Part shown: positions 63,388 through 64,000 of the stretch, piece by piece
Layout of the letters: the number at the start of each line of letters is the position of its first letter
How positions within the stretch are numbered: position 1 is the first letter of the stretch
Source: a virus
Reading direction: 5' to 3' (one strand)
IMG/VR virus record: IMGVR_UViG_3300018026_000007
Span: 1-64,000 of that record
Length of the DNA stretch: 64,000 nucleotides
The notes under the pieces: model-generated
The model's database searches: none
What the model saw: only the letters and a program-made list of their open reading frames with translations
What the model was told of the DNA's origin: nothing
Program-made: the position numbers and the translations under genes

Positions 63388-63786
63388 ATGCTCGAAGGAT
63401 ACAAGTCAAACAACAACGTCGTGTACTCCAGCAAATATCACGTCGTCTGGTGCCCGAAGTATCGACGCGAGGTGCTGGATGGTCCGATAGCGAGACGATG
63501 CGAACAGGTCCTGCGACAGACATGCAAGAAGTATCGAGCCGAAATCATCGCCTTAGAGATTATGCCCGACCACGTACATCTGCTGGTCGAAGTGGACCCA
63601 CAATTTGGGATACATCGACTTGTCAAAAATCTCAAAGGTGTGTCGTCGCATACACTGCGCAAAGAATTTGCCAGTTTGGTTTCACGTCTGCCGACGCTCT
63701 GGACAAATTCGTATTTCGTTTCGACAGTCGGTGGTGCTCCGCTTTCAGTGATTAAACAGTACGTTGAAAATCAGAAGAACGTCTGA
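63388..63786 (+). CDS. tnpA: IS200/IS605 Y1 transposase
   Basis: YHVVWCPKYRR, DHVHLL (HUH), LW..SYF, YVENQ. Confidence 0.96.
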   Translation: MLEGYKSNNNVVYSSKYHVVWCPKYRREVLDGPIARRCEQVLRQTCKKYRAEIIALEIMPDHVHLLVEVDPQFGIHRLVKNLKGVSSHTLRKEFASLVSRLPTLWTNSYFVSTVGGAPLSVIKQYVENQKNV

Positions 63787-64000
63787 TGATTCAAGCGCAA
63801 CTCAAACTTCGGCTCAACACCAAACAGGATGCCATTCTGACGGGCTGGCTGTGGAACCTCACGGGTGTGTGGAACTGGGCGGTCAAGAAAATAGAATTGG
63901 ATGCGAAGGATAAGATTTTCTACTCCCCGAAAGAATTTCACAATCTGCTGGCAGGGCACAGCGAAAAGATGGAGATTCCCAGCCACACCCTGCAGGGCAT
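63786..64000 (+). CDS. tnpB: TnpB N-terminus (partial)
   Basis: TGATG overlap with tnpA; MIQAQLKLRLNTKQDAILTGWLWNLTGVWNWA... Confidence 0.8.
   Translation, partial: MIQAQLKLRLNTKQDAILTGWLWNLTGVWNWAVKKIELDAKDKIFYSPKEFHNLLAGHSEKMEIPSHTLQG

Larger units (their letters stand above)
63290..64000 (+). mobile_element. IS200/IS605-family element (tnpA+tnpB), truncated by the window
   Basis: Left-end hairpin CCCCTGCC-TTCA-GGCATGGGG at about 63303-63323; TTGCAA-17-TATAAT promoter. Confidence 0.9.

Overview
The window is most of a ~57% GC tailed dsDNA phage (Caudoviricetes) genome. RecA and SSB sequence style suggest an Acidobacteriota-like host (inference). Layout: (1) 1-10 kb, mostly leftward accessory genes behind a repeated promoter/RBS cassette carrying a GTAC-N4-GTAC operator: pentapeptide-repeat protein, GHKL ATPase, minimal tyrosine recombinase, transglycosylase, JAB protein, DUF2786 and a TnpB-only IS605 insertion. 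(2) 10-20 kb, small rightward hypothetical genes, a GIY-YIG endonuclease and a serine protease. (3) 20.8-49 kb, groEL-groES, terS-like, fibre/virion genes, terL, portal, scaffold, capsid, two tRNAs and a 1857-aa multi-enzyme protein, driven by an 11-copy GACTTT-N7-ATAAGTG promoter-like motif. (4) 49-64 kb, Endo VII, RecA, nucleotide enzymes, PolA, ERF, SSB, UvrD, Cas4-like nuclease, primase-helicase and an IS200/IS605 element. The most striking signals are not annotated as such in the ORF track: a circularly permuted two-piece tmRNA with a 27-aa tag ending ALAA, a divergent structured RNA carrying an initiator-tRNA anticodon-arm mimic, several truncated tRNA-like intergenic elements, an initiator-type tRNA lacking the 3 G-C pairs, a 66-aa paralog of the capsid N-terminus, and small +1-frame genes nested in the giant protein. 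All family assignments come from motif recognition by eye; no searches were run.
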